Positions 37,528 through 47,197 of a DNA stretch of 64,000 nucleotides are shown here, piece after piece. Source of the stretch: Solirubrobacteraceae bacterium (GTDB taxonomy: Bacteria; Actinomycetota; Thermoleophilia; Solirubrobacterales; Solirubrobacteraceae); assembly GCA_036392135.1 (NCBI GenBank), contig DASVYO010000088.1, positions 13,131 to 77,130 on the forward strand. Direction: 5' to 3'. Every line of letters starts with the position of its first letter. Position 1 is the stretch's first letter. The notes beneath the pieces were generated by a model that saw only the letters and a program-made list of their open reading frames with translations, searched no databases and was not told where the DNA came from. The position numbers were made by a program, and so were the translations under genes.

Positions 37528-37853
37528 GCCAGGGCCGGCTCGAGCTCTTCCTCGAGCTTCTTCTTCGGGTAGGCACCGATCACGGTCTTCTTGACCTCGC
37601 CGTGGTTGAACACCATCAGGGTCGGGATCGACATGACGTTGAACTGGATCGCCGTCTGCTGGTTCTCGTCGATGTTCAGCTTGACCACCTTGAGCGCCTC
37701 ACCGCGCTCACCGGCGATCTCCTCCACGATCGGAGACACGCGGCGGCAGGGCCCGCACCACGGCGCCCAGAAGTCCACCAGCACGGGGACGTCAGACTCG
37801 AGCACCTCGGCCTGGAAGTTGCTGTCGGTTACGTCGCTTACCGCGCCTGCCAT
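37524..37853 (-). CDS. trxA: Thioredoxin
   Basis: VDFWAPWCGPC, KLNIDEN, VMSIPTL; AAGGAG RBS; TATACT -10 at 37888-37883. Confidence 0.96.
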   Translation of the reverse strand: MAGAVSDVTDSNFQAEVLESDVPVLVDFWAPWCGPCRRVSPIVEEIAGERGEALKVVKLNIDENQQTAIQFNVMSIPTLMVFNHGEVKKTVIGAYPKKKLEEELEPALA

Positions 37854-37984
37854 CTCGTTCTCCTTCTCCGTTTACTTCAGAAAGTATAGCGCCCGGGAGC
37901 GGGCTCCCGGAGCCTATCCTCCGCCCCGGGGGAACGGGGTCAACGCCTCCCCGCGGCCCGGGGTGAAGACTAAGCTCCAGATCA

Positions 37985-39751
37985 GTGGCGGACCCCACGA
38001 ATACCGAGATCGCCGACGCCCTCGATGAGCTCGGGGATCTGTACGAGCTGGACGGCGCGATCATCCACCGGATCGTCGCCTATCGCAACGCGGCCAAGGC
38101 GGTGCGCGAGGCGCCGGTCTCGGTCAGCGGGCTGGCTCGCCAGCGCCGGGCCACCGAGCTGCCGGGGATCGGGGCCACGATCCAGGAGAAGGTCCTCGCG
38201 CTGGCCGATGACGGGGTTATCCCGGCGGCAGCCAAGCTCCGCGCCAAGTTCCCGGCCGGCCTGCTCGAGATCACCCACCTGCCCGGTCTGGGCCCGAAGC
38301 GCGCCCGCCGCCTGTATGAGGAGCTGCAGATCGACTCACTGCCCGCGCTGACGGCCGCCGCCCAGGCCCGCCAGATCCGCACCCTGAAGGGCTTCGGCCC
38401 CAAGGCAGAGGACAGCCTGCTGGCGGCGGCCCTGGCCGCCGAGGCCGCCGCCGCGGACGAGACCCACAACGGCCATGGCCGACGGACCGTACTCGACCGG
38501 GCGCTGGGCATCGGCGAGCAGTTGATCGCCGCCCTCCGGGAGCATCCGGCCTCTGACCGGGTGGAGCTGGCGGGCTCGGCGCGCCGCATGACCGACAGCG
38601 TCAAGGATCTCGACATCATCGCCACCGCCCATGATCCGCTGTCGCTGGCCACCGCCGCCAGCGAGCTCGAACTGGTCGAAGCGGCTCAGAACCCGACCGC
38701 GTCCGGGGTGCGCCTGCGCACCCACACCGGACTTAAGGTCGATCTGCGAATCGTGGCCCCCGACCAGTTCGGCAACCTGATGCAGCACTTCACCGGGTCC
38801 AAGGAACACAACATGGCCCTGCGCGAGGCGGCGGTGCGCAGGGGCCTGCACGTATCGGAGTACGGCGTGCTCGACGACGGCACCGGGGAGACGCATCGCT
38901 GCGAGCATGAGGAGCAGGTCTATGCGCTGCTCGGCCTGGACTACATCGAGCCCGAGCTGCGCGAGAACCGCGGGGAGCTCGAGGCGGCCAGCAGCGGCAC
39001 GCTGCCGCAGCTGATCTCCGTCGCCGACCTGCGGGGGGATCTGCACTCCCACACCACCGCCTCGGACGGCACGGCCTCGATCCAGGAGATGGCCCGGGCC
39101 GCGCGCGAGGCCGGTTACGAGTATCTGGCCATCACCGACCACTCGGCCAGCTTCGGCTTCGGCGACGAGGTCTCCCCGGCGCGGCTGCGCGAGCACGTCG
39201 AGCAGATTCGCTCCCTGTCGGAGACCGATGCGGTGGGCGGGATCAGGCTCCTGGCCGGCTCGGAGGTGAACATCCTGCCCGACGGGCGCCTGGACTACGA
39301 CGACGAGATCCTGGCCGAGCTCGACTGGGTGGTGGCCTCGGTGCACTCATCCTTTGCGATGGATGCGGCGACGATGACGGCCCGGATCGTACGCGCGATC
39401 GGCAATCCGCTGGTCGACGTGATCGGGCATCTGTCGGGACGCAAGATCGAGACCCGGCCTCCGTACGGGTTCGATTTCGAGGCCGTGCTCGAAGCGGCCC
39501 AGCAGGCGGGGACGCTCCTGGAGATCAACGCCAGCCCGGCCCGCCGCGACCTGAACGACGTTCACGCCCGCGCCGCGGCCGCGGCCGGGATCCCGCTGGT
39601 GATCAACAGCGATGCCCACCGCACCGGCGGCTTCGGCGTCGCTCGCTACGGGGTGGCCACCGCGCGCCGCGCGTGGCTGGGTCCCGAGGCGGTGGCCAAC
39701 ACGCGGCCGTGGGGGGAGCTCGAGCAGCTCCGCCCGCGCCACCGCGCCTGA
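37985..39751 (+). CDS. polX: DNA polymerase X / PHP 3'-5' exonuclease
   Basis: AYRNAA, HhH LPGIG and LPGLGPK, AGSARR..DSVKDLD, KVDLR, FTGSKEHN; PHP motifs DLHSHT..SDG, TDHS, GSEV, SDAH. Confidence 0.93.
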   Translation: MADPTNTEIADALDELGDLYELDGAIIHRIVAYRNAAKAVREAPVSVSGLARQRRATELPGIGATIQEKVLALADDGVIPAAAKLRAKFPAGLLEITHLPGLGPKRARRLYEELQIDSLPALTAAAQARQIRTLKGFGPKAEDSLLAAALAAEAAAADETHNGHGRRTVLDRALGIGEQLIAALREHPASDRVELAGSARRMTDSVKDLDIIATAHDPLSLATAASELELVEAAQNPTASGVRLRTHTGLKVDLRIVAPDQFGNLMQHFTGSKEHNMALREAAVRRGLHVSEYGVLDDGTGETHRCEHEEQVYALLGLDYIEPELRENRGELEAASSGTLPQLISVADLRGDLHSHTTASDGTASIQEMARAAREAGYEYLAITDHSASFGFGDEVSPARLREHVEQIRSLSETDAVGGIRLLAGSEVNILPDGRLDYDDEILAELDWVVASVHSSFAMDAATMTARIVRAIGNPLVDVIGHLSGRKIETRPPYGFDFEAVLEAAQQAGTLLEINASPARRDLNDVHARAAAAAGIPLVINSDAHRTGGFGVARYGVATARRAWLGPEAVANTRPWGELEQLRPRHRA

Positions 39752-39765
39752 CGCGGTCGCTGCAC

Positions 39766-40704
39766 TCAGCGTCTGGCGCTGCGCGCGCGCTTGGCCCGCC
39801 GAGGCGGAGGCGGGGGCGGCGAGCGAACCTTCGGCGTCCCGGGGGACGGCCGCGTATCGGACGCCGGCCAGGATTCTCCCGGAGGGCCGCCGAGCCCCCG
39901 CCAGCCCCGCTGGATGGCGACGAACCACAGCAGGCCCAGCAGGCACAGCACCAGCGCCACGAAGAAGTTCAGCCGCAGGCCCAGCACGTGGTTGGAGTAG
40001 TCGATCCGGAGCGTCTCCTCGAAGATGCGAAAGCCCGAGTAGCCGGCCACGTAGAGCGCGAACGCCCCGGGAGGCCGCACCCGGCGCGTCTGGGCGAGCC
40101 AGATCAGCACACCGGCCAGGGCCAGGTTCCAGATGATCTCGTACAGGAAGGTGGGCTGGAAGGTGGCGTACTGCAGGAAGCCGGGCGGCCGGTGCGCGAG
40201 CGAGATCTCGAGCCCCCAGGGCAACGAGGTCGGCTTGCCGAACAGCTCCTGGTTGAAGTAGTTGCCGATCCGGCCGATCGCCTGGGCGACGAGCAGGCCG
40301 GGGGCGACGACGTCCATGAACCGGCGCAGCTCCGCCCGGGACAGGCGCCGGTTGGCCAGCCACAGGCCGACGGCGGCACCCCCGGCGATGCCGCCCCAGA
40401 TACCGAGGCCGCCCTGCCAGATCGCGAACACCCCCCACCAGTGGTTGGGGATCTGGCTCGGCGTGGTGATGTCGAAGTAGATGCGGCCGCCGATCAGGCC
40501 GGCCGGAAAGGCCCACATGGCGATCTCGTAGACGAGATCGGGGTCTCCGCCCTGGCGCCGCCAGCCCCAGCGCGAGATCAGGATCGCCCCGGCCACTGCG
40601 AACACGTAGGCGATGCCGTAGGCGTGGAAGAACAACGGCCCGAGATTGAAACCGTTCGAGGGCGGGCTGGGGATGAAGCCAGGAGCGAGCATGCTGACGC
40701 TCAT
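39766..40704 (-). CDS. lgt: Prolipoprotein diacylglyceryl transferase
   Basis: HAYGI, GGRIY, IWQGGLGIWGG, AQAIGRIGNYFNQELFG, QPTFLYE, YSGFRIFEETLR. Confidence 0.92.
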   Translation of the reverse strand: MSVSMLAPGFIPSPPSNGFNLGPLFFHAYGIAYVFAVAGAILISRWGWRRQGGDPDLVYEIAMWAFPAGLIGGRIYFDITTPSQIPNHWWGVFAIWQGGLGIWGGIAGGAAVGLWLANRRLSRAELRRFMDVVAPGLLVAQAIGRIGNYFNQELFGKPTSLPWGLEISLAHRPPGFLQYATFQPTFLYEIIWNLALAGVLIWLAQTRRVRPPGAFALYVAGYSGFRIFEETLRIDYSNHVLGLRLNFFVALVLCLLGLLWFVAIQRGWRGLGGPPGESWPASDTRPSPGTPKVRSPPPPPPRRAKRARSARR

Positions 40705-41681
40705 CGTGCCAGCAAACGGGGCAGCACGCGCTCGGCCACGGTTCGCTCGACGGCGGCGCGGCTGAACGGCTGCAGCAGCCGGGCGGCACGATCGCCGTAC
40801 CCGGGCCGCGGATCGTCCAGGGCGATGCGCAGCGCCGGGGCCAGGTCCTCACTGACCAGTCTCGGATCCAGCTCGCGCGCCAGCCGGAGGGCCGGATACG
40901 GGCCCGGGGAGGGTGTGGTGACGAGCAGACAGCCGTCGGCCAGCGCCTCGAGGGGAGCTATCCCGAAGTCCTCGCGCCGCGGCGCGGCCACGAACACACG
41001 CGCGCGCCGGACCAGGGCTCGGTAGGCATCCGGGTCCAGGCGACCGGTGAAGCGCACGCCGGGCGGGGCGCCGACCGGTCCGGTCCCGGTGACGACGAGC
41101 GTCTCGGCGGACCGGCGGGCCCGGCTCCATGCCTCCAGGATCAGCTCCAGCCGCCGCTTGACCGGGTCGCCGGCGTAGGCCAGGACATCGATGTCGCGCT
41201 GGCTGGCCGGTGGTCCGGACGGCGCCACCGGCACGGGCACGGTGATCGCCGGCGGCCGGCGCCGGCTGGAGAGGGGCTGCAGCGAGTCATCGGCCATCGT
41301 CATCACCACCGGGGCGCCGGCCAGGCGGCGGCGCTCGAGCACGCGCTGCCAGACGCCGTGGCGCCCCGGCCGGTTCTCGGCGGCCAGCGAGTCGAGCCAG
41401 ATCGCCCCGGGCCGCGGCCACAGCAGGGCAGCCGTGATCGAGCAGTAGACGAGCGCATCCGCCGGCCAGCCGGCCAGCGTGCGCAGGACCGTCCGGCGAA
41501 CCGCGCGGGCCTGCCCGTAGTCGGTCAGCATGAACGTCCGGACCGAGCGGCCGGGGGCGGTTCCGACCAGGCGCGCCTCGGCCCCGGCCCGGGCGAACGC
41601 GTCGGTCAGCTCACGGGCCGAGGCGCTCCAGCCGGGGGTCGTGCCGAGCGTCACCACCAGCACCTTAGGGGCCGGGCTCAT
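40701..41681 (-). CDS. Glycosyltransferase, GT-B fold (family 4-like)
   Basis: FVAAPRREDFGIAPLEALADG (E-x7-E motif); start ATG 41681 (MSPAPKVLVVTLG). Confidence 0.85.
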   Translation of the reverse strand: MSPAPKVLVVTLGTTPGWSASARELTDAFARAGAEARLVGTAPGRSVRTFMLTDYGQARAVRRTVLRTLAGWPADALVYCSITAALLWPRPGAIWLDSLAAENRPGRHGVWQRVLERRRLAGAPVVMTMADDSLQPLSSRRRPPAITVPVPVAPSGPPASQRDIDVLAYAGDPVKRRLELILEAWSRARRSAETLVVTGTGPVGAPPGVRFTGRLDPDAYRALVRRARVFVAAPRREDFGIAPLEALADGCLLVTTPSPGPYPALRLARELDPRLVSEDLAPALRIALDDPRPGYGDRAARLLQPFSRAAVERTVAERVLPRLLAR

Positions 41682-41716
41682 CCCCGGGTCCGGACCGCGC
41701 CCCGCATCGGCCGCCC

Positions 41717-42268
41717 TCACCTGCGCGGGCGCGCGGACCTCGCGCTGGAGGCGCCGTTCAGCTCCATCAGGTTGGAGCGAAAACCGGGCGTGCGGACCAG
41801 TTTGATCGGCTTCACGGGCGAGGTCCGCTCGACGTAGAAGCGAGCCCCGTCGCGCTCCTCGATGGCGGTCACCGCTGAGGACTGGCGGCGCCAGGCGAGC
41901 GCCCAGATGACCGCGAACCCGGTGGCGATGGCCGGGACCTGAGGACGCAGGAAGCCGATCACCCCGGCCCCCAGCGTGCAGACCAACAGCGGCCAGAGCC
42001 GGTTCAGCACCGTGCGGGTGGGATCCACCTCGGGCAGCGAGGTGCGGGTCCGGGCGTTGGCCAGCAGGTTGGCGATCGGCGAGCTGGTCTCCGCGCGCCG
42101 GCCGAGCCAGAAGCCGATCATGACGCTCAGCACCCACCAGCCCGCGGCGACCGGGACCAGCAGCGAGTCACCACCCGAGACCGCTCCGACGAGCGTGATC
42201 GCGGCCAGCAGGCTGGCCGCCGCCGCACTGAGCAGCACCGTCGTCCGCAGGAACTCCGCGAAACGCAC
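41717..42268 (-). CDS. Hypothetical membrane protein (about 4 TM)
   Basis: Hydrophobic segments, GC3 bias, co-oriented between otsB and the glycosyltransferase. Confidence 0.7.
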   Translation of the reverse strand: MRFAEFLRTTVLLSAAAASLLAAITLVGAVSGGDSLLVPVAAGWWVLSVMIGFWLGRRAETSSPIANLLANARTRTSLPEVDPTRTVLNRLWPLLVCTLGAGVIGFLRPQVPAIATGFAVIWALAWRRQSSAVTAIEERDGARFYVERTSPVKPIKLVRTPGFRSNLMELNGASSARSARPRR

Positions 42269-42277
42269 CGGCGCCGA

Positions 42278-43087
42278 TCAGTCGTAGGCCAGCAGGGAGA
42301 GGAGCTCCGAGACCCCGTCGGTGCCGTCGACGACCACGTCCGCGTCGGCCACGATCTCAGACGGTCCCTCATCCGAGGCGACCCCGACGCGCACGGCTCG
42401 GGTCAGGCGGCCCTCCTCGACAAGCTTGCCGAGCGTCTGGAACGCGTCGAGATCGGTGCGGTCATCGCCGACGTACAGCGCCGTCTCGATGCCGTCACCG
42501 GCGTCCGCGAGCAGATTCCGGATGCCGGCCCCCTTGTCCATCGTGACCGGCGGCCGCACCTCGAGCACCTTGCGGCCCCAATGCGTGCGCAGACCGGCGC
42601 CCTGGGCGCGCGCGGCGATCGCGTCGACGGCCGCGCGGGCCGCGTCCTGATCCGGCGCTCCACGCCAGTGGAAGGCAACGATGGCCCCCTTGTCCTCGAG
42701 CCGGACCCGGAGCTTGCGGGTATCGGCGCTGTCCGCCTCGCGGCCAAAGTCATGGATGCGCCGGACCCAATCCTCGATGCCCGGGTCGAGCACGGCCTCG
42801 GTCCAGCCGGCCCGGAGCAGCTCGACGCCGTGTGAGCCCAGATAGGAGATCGTGCCCACCCCGACCATAGCCCGGGCCTCCGACGCCCGGCGCCCGCTGA
42901 CGCAGGCCACCAGCCCATAACGATTGGCCACTGTGTGCAGCAGTTGGCGGGTGCTCTGGGGCACGTGCGCGTCCGACGCGTTGGCGACGATCGGGGCCAG
43001 CGTCCCGTCGATGTCCAGCAGGATCGCGCTGGCCTGCGAGTTGGCGCGCAGGGGCGCGAGCGCCTCGGATAGGAGCGCGGATGGCAC
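42278..43087 (-). CDS. otsB: Trehalose-6-phosphate phosphatase (HAD)
   Basis: LLDIDGTLAPIV, VSGR, GSHGVE, EDKG...FHWR, GRKVLEVRP, DKG, YVGDDRTDLDAF. GTG 43087 has CATACT 6 nt upstream. Confidence 0.92.
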   Translation of the reverse strand: MPSALLSEALAPLRANSQASAILLDIDGTLAPIVANASDAHVPQSTRQLLHTVANRYGLVACVSGRRASEARAMVGVGTISYLGSHGVELLRAGWTEAVLDPGIEDWVRRIHDFGREADSADTRKLRVRLEDKGAIVAFHWRGAPDQDAARAAVDAIAARAQGAGLRTHWGRKVLEVRPPVTMDKGAGIRNLLADAGDGIETALYVGDDRTDLDAFQTLGKLVEEGRLTRAVRVGVASDEGPSEIVADADVVVDGTDGVSELLSLLAYD

Positions 43088-43276
43088 GTGCCTAGTATGC
43101 CCGCTCACGACCGTGGATCCCAATCCAGACGGAGTTCTGACAGCTACCATTCACGCGGCCATGGGCGAGGCCAAACGTGAGGACGGGTACGCACTCCAGG
43201 GGCGGCATGAACGGGCGGCTGCGCGCTGTCGCTGTGGCCGGGCTCAGGCGATCACGGCGGCCGGAGCCGCCCGGCC

Positions 43277-44086
43277 TTGATCGCCGACCGGGAGGAGCCG
43301 CAGGCGGGCGATCCGCCCACAAGCGCGTCACCCGTCGTGCTCCTGCACGGCCAGCCCGGAAGCGCCCGGGACTGGGACCGCGTGGTCGCGGCGCTCGACG
43401 GGCGGGCCTTGCCGATCGCCGTCGACCGCCCGGGCTGGGACGGCACCAGCCGACCCCGTGACCTGCGCGGCAACGCCGAGGCGGTGGTCGAGCAGCTCGA
43501 CGCCCGCGGATTCGAGCGGGCCACGCTGGTCGGGCACAGCCTCGGCGCCACGATCGCGGTGTGGACCGCGATCGAGCATCCCGAGCGCGTGTCGGCGCTG
43601 GTATTGGCGGCGCCGGCCGCCAACCGGGCCTCACTGGCCGCGCTCGATCGATGGCTGGCCCTTCCGCTGGCCGGGACGCTGGCCAGCGCGGCCTCCATGA
43701 CCGGGCTCGGCCTCGCCCTGAGCGCCGCCTGGCTGCGCCGCCTGATCGCGCGCGAGGCCCACGTCGATGAGGCCTATCTGCAGGTCAGTGCGCGGATCCT
43801 GCTCAGTGCCTGGGCCCGGCGCGCGTTCACGACCGAACAGCGTTCGCTGGTCCGTGATCTCCCCGGTCTCGAGACCCGGCTGCCCGGGGTCCGTGCCCCG
43901 ACCTGGATCCTGACCGGAATCGAGGACCGGATCGTGCCCGCGGCGGCCCCGCGCGCGCTGGCCGGCCAGATCCCGGGCGCCACACTGGTCGAGCTGGCCG
44001 GGGCCGGCCACCTGCTTCCGCAACTTCACGCCCAGCAGCTGGTCGACGCGGTGATGCTGGCGGTGGCGGCCGCGGCGACGCATTAG
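43277..44086 (+). CDS. Alpha/beta hydrolase (canonical Ser-Asp-His)
   Basis: LLHGQPG, VGHSLGA, GIEDRIVP, GAGHLLP. Start uncertain. Confidence 0.85.
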   Translation: MIADREEPQAGDPPTSASPVVLLHGQPGSARDWDRVVAALDGRALPIAVDRPGWDGTSRPRDLRGNAEAVVEQLDARGFERATLVGHSLGATIAVWTAIEHPERVSALVLAAPAANRASLAALDRWLALPLAGTLASAASMTGLGLALSAAWLRRLIAREAHVDEAYLQVSARILLSAWARRAFTTEQRSLVRDLPGLETRLPGVRAPTWILTGIEDRIVPAAAPRALAGQIPGATLVELAGAGHLLPQLHAQQLVDAVMLAVAAAATH

Positions 44087-44205
44087 GCTACGCGGCCGAG
44101 ATCGGTGCGGCTCGTAACCGCCGCATCCGGGTAACCAGACGCGAGCGGCGCACTCATCCGCTCCTAAAACTCTGTAAACCGACTCCCGATCTAGACTCCC
44201 TGCCC

Positions 44206-45495
44206 GTGGAAGCTGCCCCAGAGCGACTCGAACCCGGGCCCGAGGCCAGCGAACTGACCCCCCCGCTCGAGCTCTTGGGTCAGGAGGCGGCGCGCCTCGA
44301 ACGCCCGCTGCTCGCGCGCGTGCACGCCCGCACGCGCAGCGTGGCCATGTCCGCCACCCGCCAGGACGTGCTGTGGCTCACGGCCATCTACATCGGCACG
44401 CGCGGGCTGCTCCTGCTGGCGGCCTACCTCCAGAGCTCGTTCGGCCACCATGACTTCCTGCACGAGCTGTCCAACTGGGATGGCCTCTGGTACCGCGAGG
44501 TGGCCAATCACGGCTACCTCGACCACGTCTCCTACGCGCAGACGACGCTCGGTTTCTTCCCGCTCTTCCCGCTCGTCATCTGGCTGGTCGAGCCGATCAT
44601 CATGGTGCTCACCGGCCAGGACGCAATCGGGGCCGCGTCGCTGGCCGGCGTGCTCATCTCCACCGTCGGTGGCGGCGTGACCAGCTACTTCTGCTATCGC
44701 CTGGCCACCGGCTGGTGGGGTCGCGAGACGGCCCGCAAGGCGACTGTCCTGCTGATCATCTTCCCCGGCTCGGTCGTGTTCTCGATGGTCTACTCCGAGG
44801 GGCTGCTGCTGCCCCTGGCCGCCGCCTGCCTGCTGGCCCTGGAGCGCCGGCGCTGGCTGCTGGCCGGCCTGCTGGCCGGCGTGGCGACGGCGGTGCAGCC
44901 GACGGGGCTGGCGCTGATCCCGGTCTGCGCGTTGTCGGCCGGGCTGGAATGGCGCCGCCACGGCTACAGCTTCGCCACGCTGCGGCGGGTGGTGGTGGCA
45001 CCGCTTCTGTCCACCGTCGGCGTGGTCAGCTTCGCCGTCTTCCTGTGGTTGTGGACCGGGTCGCCGCTGGCCAACTACGAGGCCCAGCACCATGGCTGGG
45101 GCGAGAAGACCGACCTCCTGGCGCTCGTCCACCTGACCGTGACGCTGGTCAACCAGATCAGCTTCGACCACTTCAACCATCCGACGATCAACCTGAACCT
45201 GGTCGTCGGGCTGATCGGCGCCTTCCTGCTGATCGGGATGCTGTACATGCTCGCCCACGAGCGCCGCCGCGTTTCGACCGAGGCTCTGGCCTGGACCGCC
45301 GGGATCAGCTTCCTGGCTCTCACCTCCGAGTTCGTGCCGCCCAACCCTCGCCTCCTGATCACCGCGTTTCCGGCCGTCATGGTCGCCGCGCGCCACCTCC
45401 GGGGTCGCGCCTGGACGGCGGCGCTGTGGGGGAACGGAATCCTGCTGATCGTGCTCAGCGTGTGCACCTTCTGGGGCACCACGCTCAGACCCTGA
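44206..45495 (+). CDS. GT-C membrane mannosyltransferase (PIG-V/GT76-like)
   Basis: NWDGLWYREVANHGY, FFPLFP, FPGSVVFSMVYSEGL, R..I..FP pattern; multi-TM. Confidence 0.8.
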   Translation: MEAAPERLEPGPEASELTPPLELLGQEAARLERPLLARVHARTRSVAMSATRQDVLWLTAIYIGTRGLLLLAAYLQSSFGHHDFLHELSNWDGLWYREVANHGYLDHVSYAQTTLGFFPLFPLVIWLVEPIIMVLTGQDAIGAASLAGVLISTVGGGVTSYFCYRLATGWWGRETARKATVLLIIFPGSVVFSMVYSEGLLLPLAAACLLALERRRWLLAGLLAGVATAVQPTGLALIPVCALSAGLEWRRHGYSFATLRRVVVAPLLSTVGVVSFAVFLWLWTGSPLANYEAQHHGWGEKTDLLALVHLTVTLVNQISFDHFNHPTINLNLVVGLIGAFLLIGMLYMLAHERRRVSTEALAWTAGISFLALTSEFVPPNPRLLITAFPAVMVAARHLRGRAWTAALWGNGILLIVLSVCTFWGTTLRP

Positions 45496-45568
45496 GGACA
45501 TCGATCCGCGCCGGCCACCCGCGGATGAGCCCGCCGGGGGGCCAATCAGCGGGGCCGACAGAGCCGGA

Positions 45569-47197
45569 TCAGCCGGACCGGCGGACGCCGGGCAGGAGCC
45601 GGACGTGGATCGCTGAGGCGTAGCCGAACTGGCGGGGGTGACCGCGCCCGAACGCCTGCTCGAGCCGAGCCTGGAGCTGCAGGAACCGGGCCCGGTTGGT
45701 TCGTGAACGAGCCGGCCCGTTCGACTGCCCCTCATGACTGGAGACGAACCACACGCGCCGGCAGGAGGCGCCACGGCGTGTGATCTGGCCCGGGGTCAGG
45801 CTGGCGTAGTCCTCCACGTAGGTGCGCACGGTTCCGAACGGCACCACCGGCAGGATCGGGCGGGGCAGGCGCCGCGTGCGATCGGCACGGCGCGCGAAGT
45901 AGTACTGGAAGGCCATGCGCCCATCGGCGGGATAGAAGGCGATGCAGTCTCCGGGCCGGTCATGGGCGAGCACGTAGGCGCTCGCCTGCCCCCAGGGCTC
46001 GGGAGAGGTGGCGTAGCTCGGGGCCAGCTGCAGCCCGCGCAGGACGAGCAGCACGCCGAGCACGGCCCAGCCGGCTCGGACCGGGACCCGTGGGTGAGTC
46101 AGGCCGCCACCGAGCAGGATCGCCACCGCCGGGAGCGACATCAACAGGTTGCGGGGCAGGAACAGCGGCTGGAACAGGAGCGAGTAGACGAAGGTCAGCG
46201 CCACCGGGACGAGCAGCCAGCTCAGCACCAGGCCTTCTCCCCAGCGCCCGCGCGCGTCCGAGCCCTCGCGCCCGCCGCGGACCCGAGGCCCGACCACGAT
46301 CGCCACCGTGGCCGCGAACGCCAGCGCGAGCGTGAGCACGAGCAGCAGGGTGGTGGTGGCGGTGGCATGGAAGCTCGGCTCGAGCCCGGCTGAGGTCAGC
46401 GACTGGAGCACCTGGACCTCGATCTCGTGGGTCGGCCGAGGCACCCAGAAGAGCTGGCCCGAGCCGCGCCGGGCGGCGAGCAGGATCAGCGGGGTGCAGA
46501 GCACGGCGATCCCGAGCAGCGACAGCGCGAACGGCACCAGCGCTCGCCGCTGTCGCCGGGGCAGCAGGGTCAGCAGCTGGGCGGGGACGACGAGCACGGC
46601 GACGAAGCTCGAGTAGGTGGCCAGGCTCATGAGCACGGCGTAGGCGATCCAGCCGGTGAGGCGCGGCCGTTCGTGAAGCGAGATGAAGACCAGGCAGGCC
46701 GCGGACACGAAGGCCACCATCAGCGCATAGCCCCGGGCGTTCTGGGCCCAGAAGATGAGCGGCAGACTGACCGCCGCGAGCAGCCCGGAGGCCAGTCCCG
46801 CCCGGCGTCCGAACAGCCGCAGGGCGATCCGGGCGGTGATCGCCACGGTGGCCACCGAGGCGAGCGCCGACGGCAGCCGCAGGACGACGGCACCGTTGCC
46901 GAACCAGCTCATCAGCACATGCAGCAGGACGTAGAAGCCCGACATGTTGCCGCCGTCGTGGGCGATCCCCGAGAACAGCTTGGCCCCGTGCTGAGCCGCG
47001 ATCGTGACCGTCGCCGCCTCATCGAAACCCAGGCTCCGGCCGGTCAGCGAGGTGAAGCACAGGACCGCGGCCAGCGCGGCCGGGCCGGCCACCGTGAGGC
47101 GATCGCGCTGCGCGGGTGTGAGGCGGGGGGCGGCCGGCACCGGTGCCGGGGCAGGCGCACGATCGGGCGGCGGCGTGCGGGTGGCGGAGACGGTCAT
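45569..47197 (-). CDS. GT-C membrane glycosyltransferase (GT39/GT83, PMT/ArnT-like)
   Basis: SLGFDEAAT, LRLPSAL, WAQNARGYAL; multi-TM with soluble C-terminal domain. Start ATG 47197 overlaps the upstream stop. Confidence 0.8.
   Translation of the reverse strand: MTVSATRTPPPDRAPAPAPVPAAPRLTPAQRDRLTVAGPAALAAVLCFTSLTGRSLGFDEAATVTIAAQHGAKLFSGIAHDGGNMSGFYVLLHVLMSWFGNGAVVLRLPSALASVATVAITARIALRLFGRRAGLASGLLAAVSLPLIFWAQNARGYALMVAFVSAACLVFISLHERPRLTGWIAYAVLMSLATYSSFVAVLVVPAQLLTLLPRRQRRALVPFALSLLGIAVLCTPLILLAARRGSGQLFWVPRPTHEIEVQVLQSLTSAGLEPSFHATATTTLLLVLTLALAFAATVAIVVGPRVRGGREGSDARGRWGEGLVLSWLLVPVALTFVYSLLFQPLFLPRNLLMSLPAVAILLGGGLTHPRVPVRAGWAVLGVLLVLRGLQLAPSYATSPEPWGQASAYVLAHDRPGDCIAFYPADGRMAFQYYFARRADRTRRLPRPILPVVPFGTVRTYVEDYASLTPGQITRRGASCRRVWFVSSHEGQSNGPARSRTNRARFLQLQARLEQAFGRGHPRQFGYASAIHVRLLPGVRRSG

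Noticed and set aside
43208-43277. Possible frameshift joining ATG 43208 (MNGRLRAV...) to the alpha/beta hydrolase
   Set aside because: The hydrolase core is complete from 43277; no slippery site or homology evidence was visible.
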